DNA of 64,000 nucleotides, from contig NC_134025.1 in NCBI RefSeq assembly GCF_964204645.1, positions 10,478,001 through 10,542,000 of the forward strand, read 5' to 3'. Source of the stretch: Tubulanus polymorphus. Taxonomy: Eukaryota; Animalia; Nemertea. The notes under the pieces are model-generated. The model searched no databases. It had not been told where the DNA came from and saw nothing but the letters and a program-made list of their open reading frames with translations. A program made the position numbers and the translations under genes. Below are positions 61,715 through 64,000 of the stretch, piece by piece; the first letter of the stretch is position 1; each line of letters opens with the position of its first letter.

Positions 61715-64000
61715 TTTTAAATGAATTCCGCTTAAATTTTAGAGAAAAGTTCTGTTAGATTTCTGGGAAAAGTACATGTTATCAAATTCTATTCTAAGAA
61801 ATGTAGATTCATCGTTACCTCAATAGCGCTGCCATAACCTACTGGAGGGTGGCCACTATTATTTGACTTGCTTCTCCTGACTATTCCCTGACATTGCTTT
61901 CTCTGATCTGATCTGATCCAATCAATTGACTCAGCTAAGACATAGACGGAAACTGTTTGATTTTACGCAAGATCTTGCAATCTGAACAAATTTCCCTGAT
62001 TTTTAGCTTTTCTCAGAAATCCCTGACTATTCCCTGACTTTTCTACAGAAAAGAAAATTCCCTGATTTCCCTGATTTCACTGATTTCACTGATTTCCAGG
62101 TAGAGTGGCCACCCTGCTCCGCATTAAATATCTTATCATATTTTCATTGTCAAAAGTGATAGATGTAGCTCAGCTATTTGTGTACGTTATACGTTTGTGG
62201 CGTTACGTGTTTGTGGACGCTGTTGGAGGTTTTGGAGAGTTTTTAATGTAGATTATATAAAATGTTTTAATCAATATGTGATACATATTAATTCAAAAGC
62301 TCAGTATCCAATGCTCGTTTGTTGAAAAGATTGTTTGAATGATCTATTACTTCTATGATGATTAATCTTCTATGTACGGGCATAGGCCAAATCTTCATAC
62401 CGGGATATTAGTTACCAATTATTTTTGTTTTTTCTCTCAATCGATCTATGAAGGGTCAACCAATATGAATGCAAATGTGTGAATTTTTCCATTGCCGGGT
62501 ACTGAATGAAGTGAGGAGTGTTTTGAATAATTACAATACAGTAGATATAACCGCAGTAGAAACTATAGCCGCATTCACGCTACGTTATTTTAGACCAGAT
62601 TTGACCCGTTCCAATTTAGAACTGACCAAGCGTTAGCCTGTTGTACATTTTGGAATGGACTTATTTTTTGTGTGATCATTAAGATCGACCAGTGATTACT
62701 GTACTGTCTATAGCAAATTCAATATTGCAAACGCGCCTCTGATTTGGTCCATTCTAAATTTGCCCTGTTTCAGGTACGCACCACTATTGACCAGTCTAGC
62801 TATTAGTAGTATTATGAATGCAGCTTATGAGTACGGTCAGTACCAAGTACTGGTTGTTTGTGTGCTGTGATTATTGCTCGTTCGTATATATATATTTTGA
62901 TCTCTGATAGAGTTTAGCATGTGTTTCCAATGAATAAATGAAGTCAAATATTCAAAATATATCATTTGTATGTTGCTGGTTTTATGAACAGTTTGTGCTG
63001 AAATCAAGGACTATCAAGAGAGACGGAGCTCAATCTTTGTCTTGTGTTGGCATTTACTGCAGTGGTGAGGTGGATGGGGATTATATCTCAGTGTCCGACT
63101 TTCAGCTGATGGTTTGAATAGGCCTATAGCCGCGATCACACGAAGACGATTTGAGCCCAGGTCAAATTAGACCCGTAGCACGATGTGAGTTACTTCCAGC
63201 GAAAAAATACTTTCTTGTGTGCAAAATTTGGCACGGGCCTGGCCCAAAATTTTTAAATGAATTCCGCTTAAATTTTAGAGAAAATTTCTGTTAGATTTCT
63301 GGGAAAAGTACATGTTATCAAATTCTATTCTAAGAAATGTAGATTCATCGTTACCTCAATAGCGCTGCCATAACCTACTGGAGGGTGGCCACTATTATTT
63401 GACTTGCTTCTCCTGACTATTCCCTGACATTGCTTTCTCTGATCTGATCTGATCCAATCAATTGACTCAGCTAAGACATAGACGGAAACTGTTTGATTTT
63501 ACGCAAGATCTTGCAATCTGAACAAATTTCCCTGATTTTTAGCTTTTCTCAGAAATCCCTGACTATTCCCTGACTTTTCTACAGAAAAGAAAATTCCCTG
63601 ATTTCCCTGATTTCACTGATTTCACTGATTTCCAGGTAGAGTGGCCACCCTGCTCCGCATTAAATATCTTATCATATTTTCATTGTCAAAAGTGATAGAT
63701 GTAGCTCAGCTATTTGTGTACGTTATACGTTTGTGGCGTTACGTGTTTGCGGACGCTGTTGGAGGTTTTGGAGAGTTTTTAATGTAGATTATATAAAATG
63801 TTTTAATCAATATGTGATACATATTAATTCAAAAGCTCAGTATCCAATGCTCGTTTGTTGAAAAGATTGTTTGAATGATCTATTACTTCTATGATGATTA
63901 ATCTTCTATGTACGGGCATAGGCCAAATCTTCATACCGGGATATTAGTTACCAATTATTTTTGTTTTTTCTCTCAATCGATCTATGAAGGGTCAACCAAT
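61715..64000 (+). repeat. Near-identical direct duplication: 61715-62464 repeated at 63251-64000 (runs off window)
   Basis: Offset 1536 bp; I noticed only two substitutions over 750 bp. Confidence 0.95.
61845..62115. mobile_element. hAT-like MITE with ttccctga subterminal repeats (duplicated at ~63381-63651; fragment at ~54397-54535)
   Basis: agggtggccact ... agtggccaccctg inverted ends, repeated ttccctga/tttcactga; no clear TSD. Confidence 0.6.

Overview
AT-rich eukaryotic (metazoan, most likely marine invertebrate/spiralian; inferred, not proven) genomic DNA with compact GT-AG intron genes. In order: two tandem paralogous genes for a histidine-rich multi-pass membrane protein of unknown function (+, 3984-7456 and 8050-11620); KPTN (-) head-to-head with PNO1 (+); a TMEM72-like gene (-) head-to-head with COA8/APOPT1 (+); a divergent NSL1-like gene (-) head-to-head with TATDN3 (+), the same arrangement as in human; a large low-complexity probable nuclear protein with a 4.2-kb exon (+); and a BTBD17-like BTB-BACK gene (+). 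Introns and intergenic DNA hold many non-autonomous DNA transposons (TA, TAA, 5-bp and 9-bp TSD types), a Helentron/HINE-like element with a CTCF-motif tandem array, tRNA-derived SINE fragments and a near-identical 750-bp direct duplication at the window end. Best candidates for new biology: the His-rich membrane-protein pair, the stop/+1-frame anomaly at the 3' end of the large gene, and the composite transposons. Exon boundaries were read by hand and gene names come from recalled motifs, not database searches.
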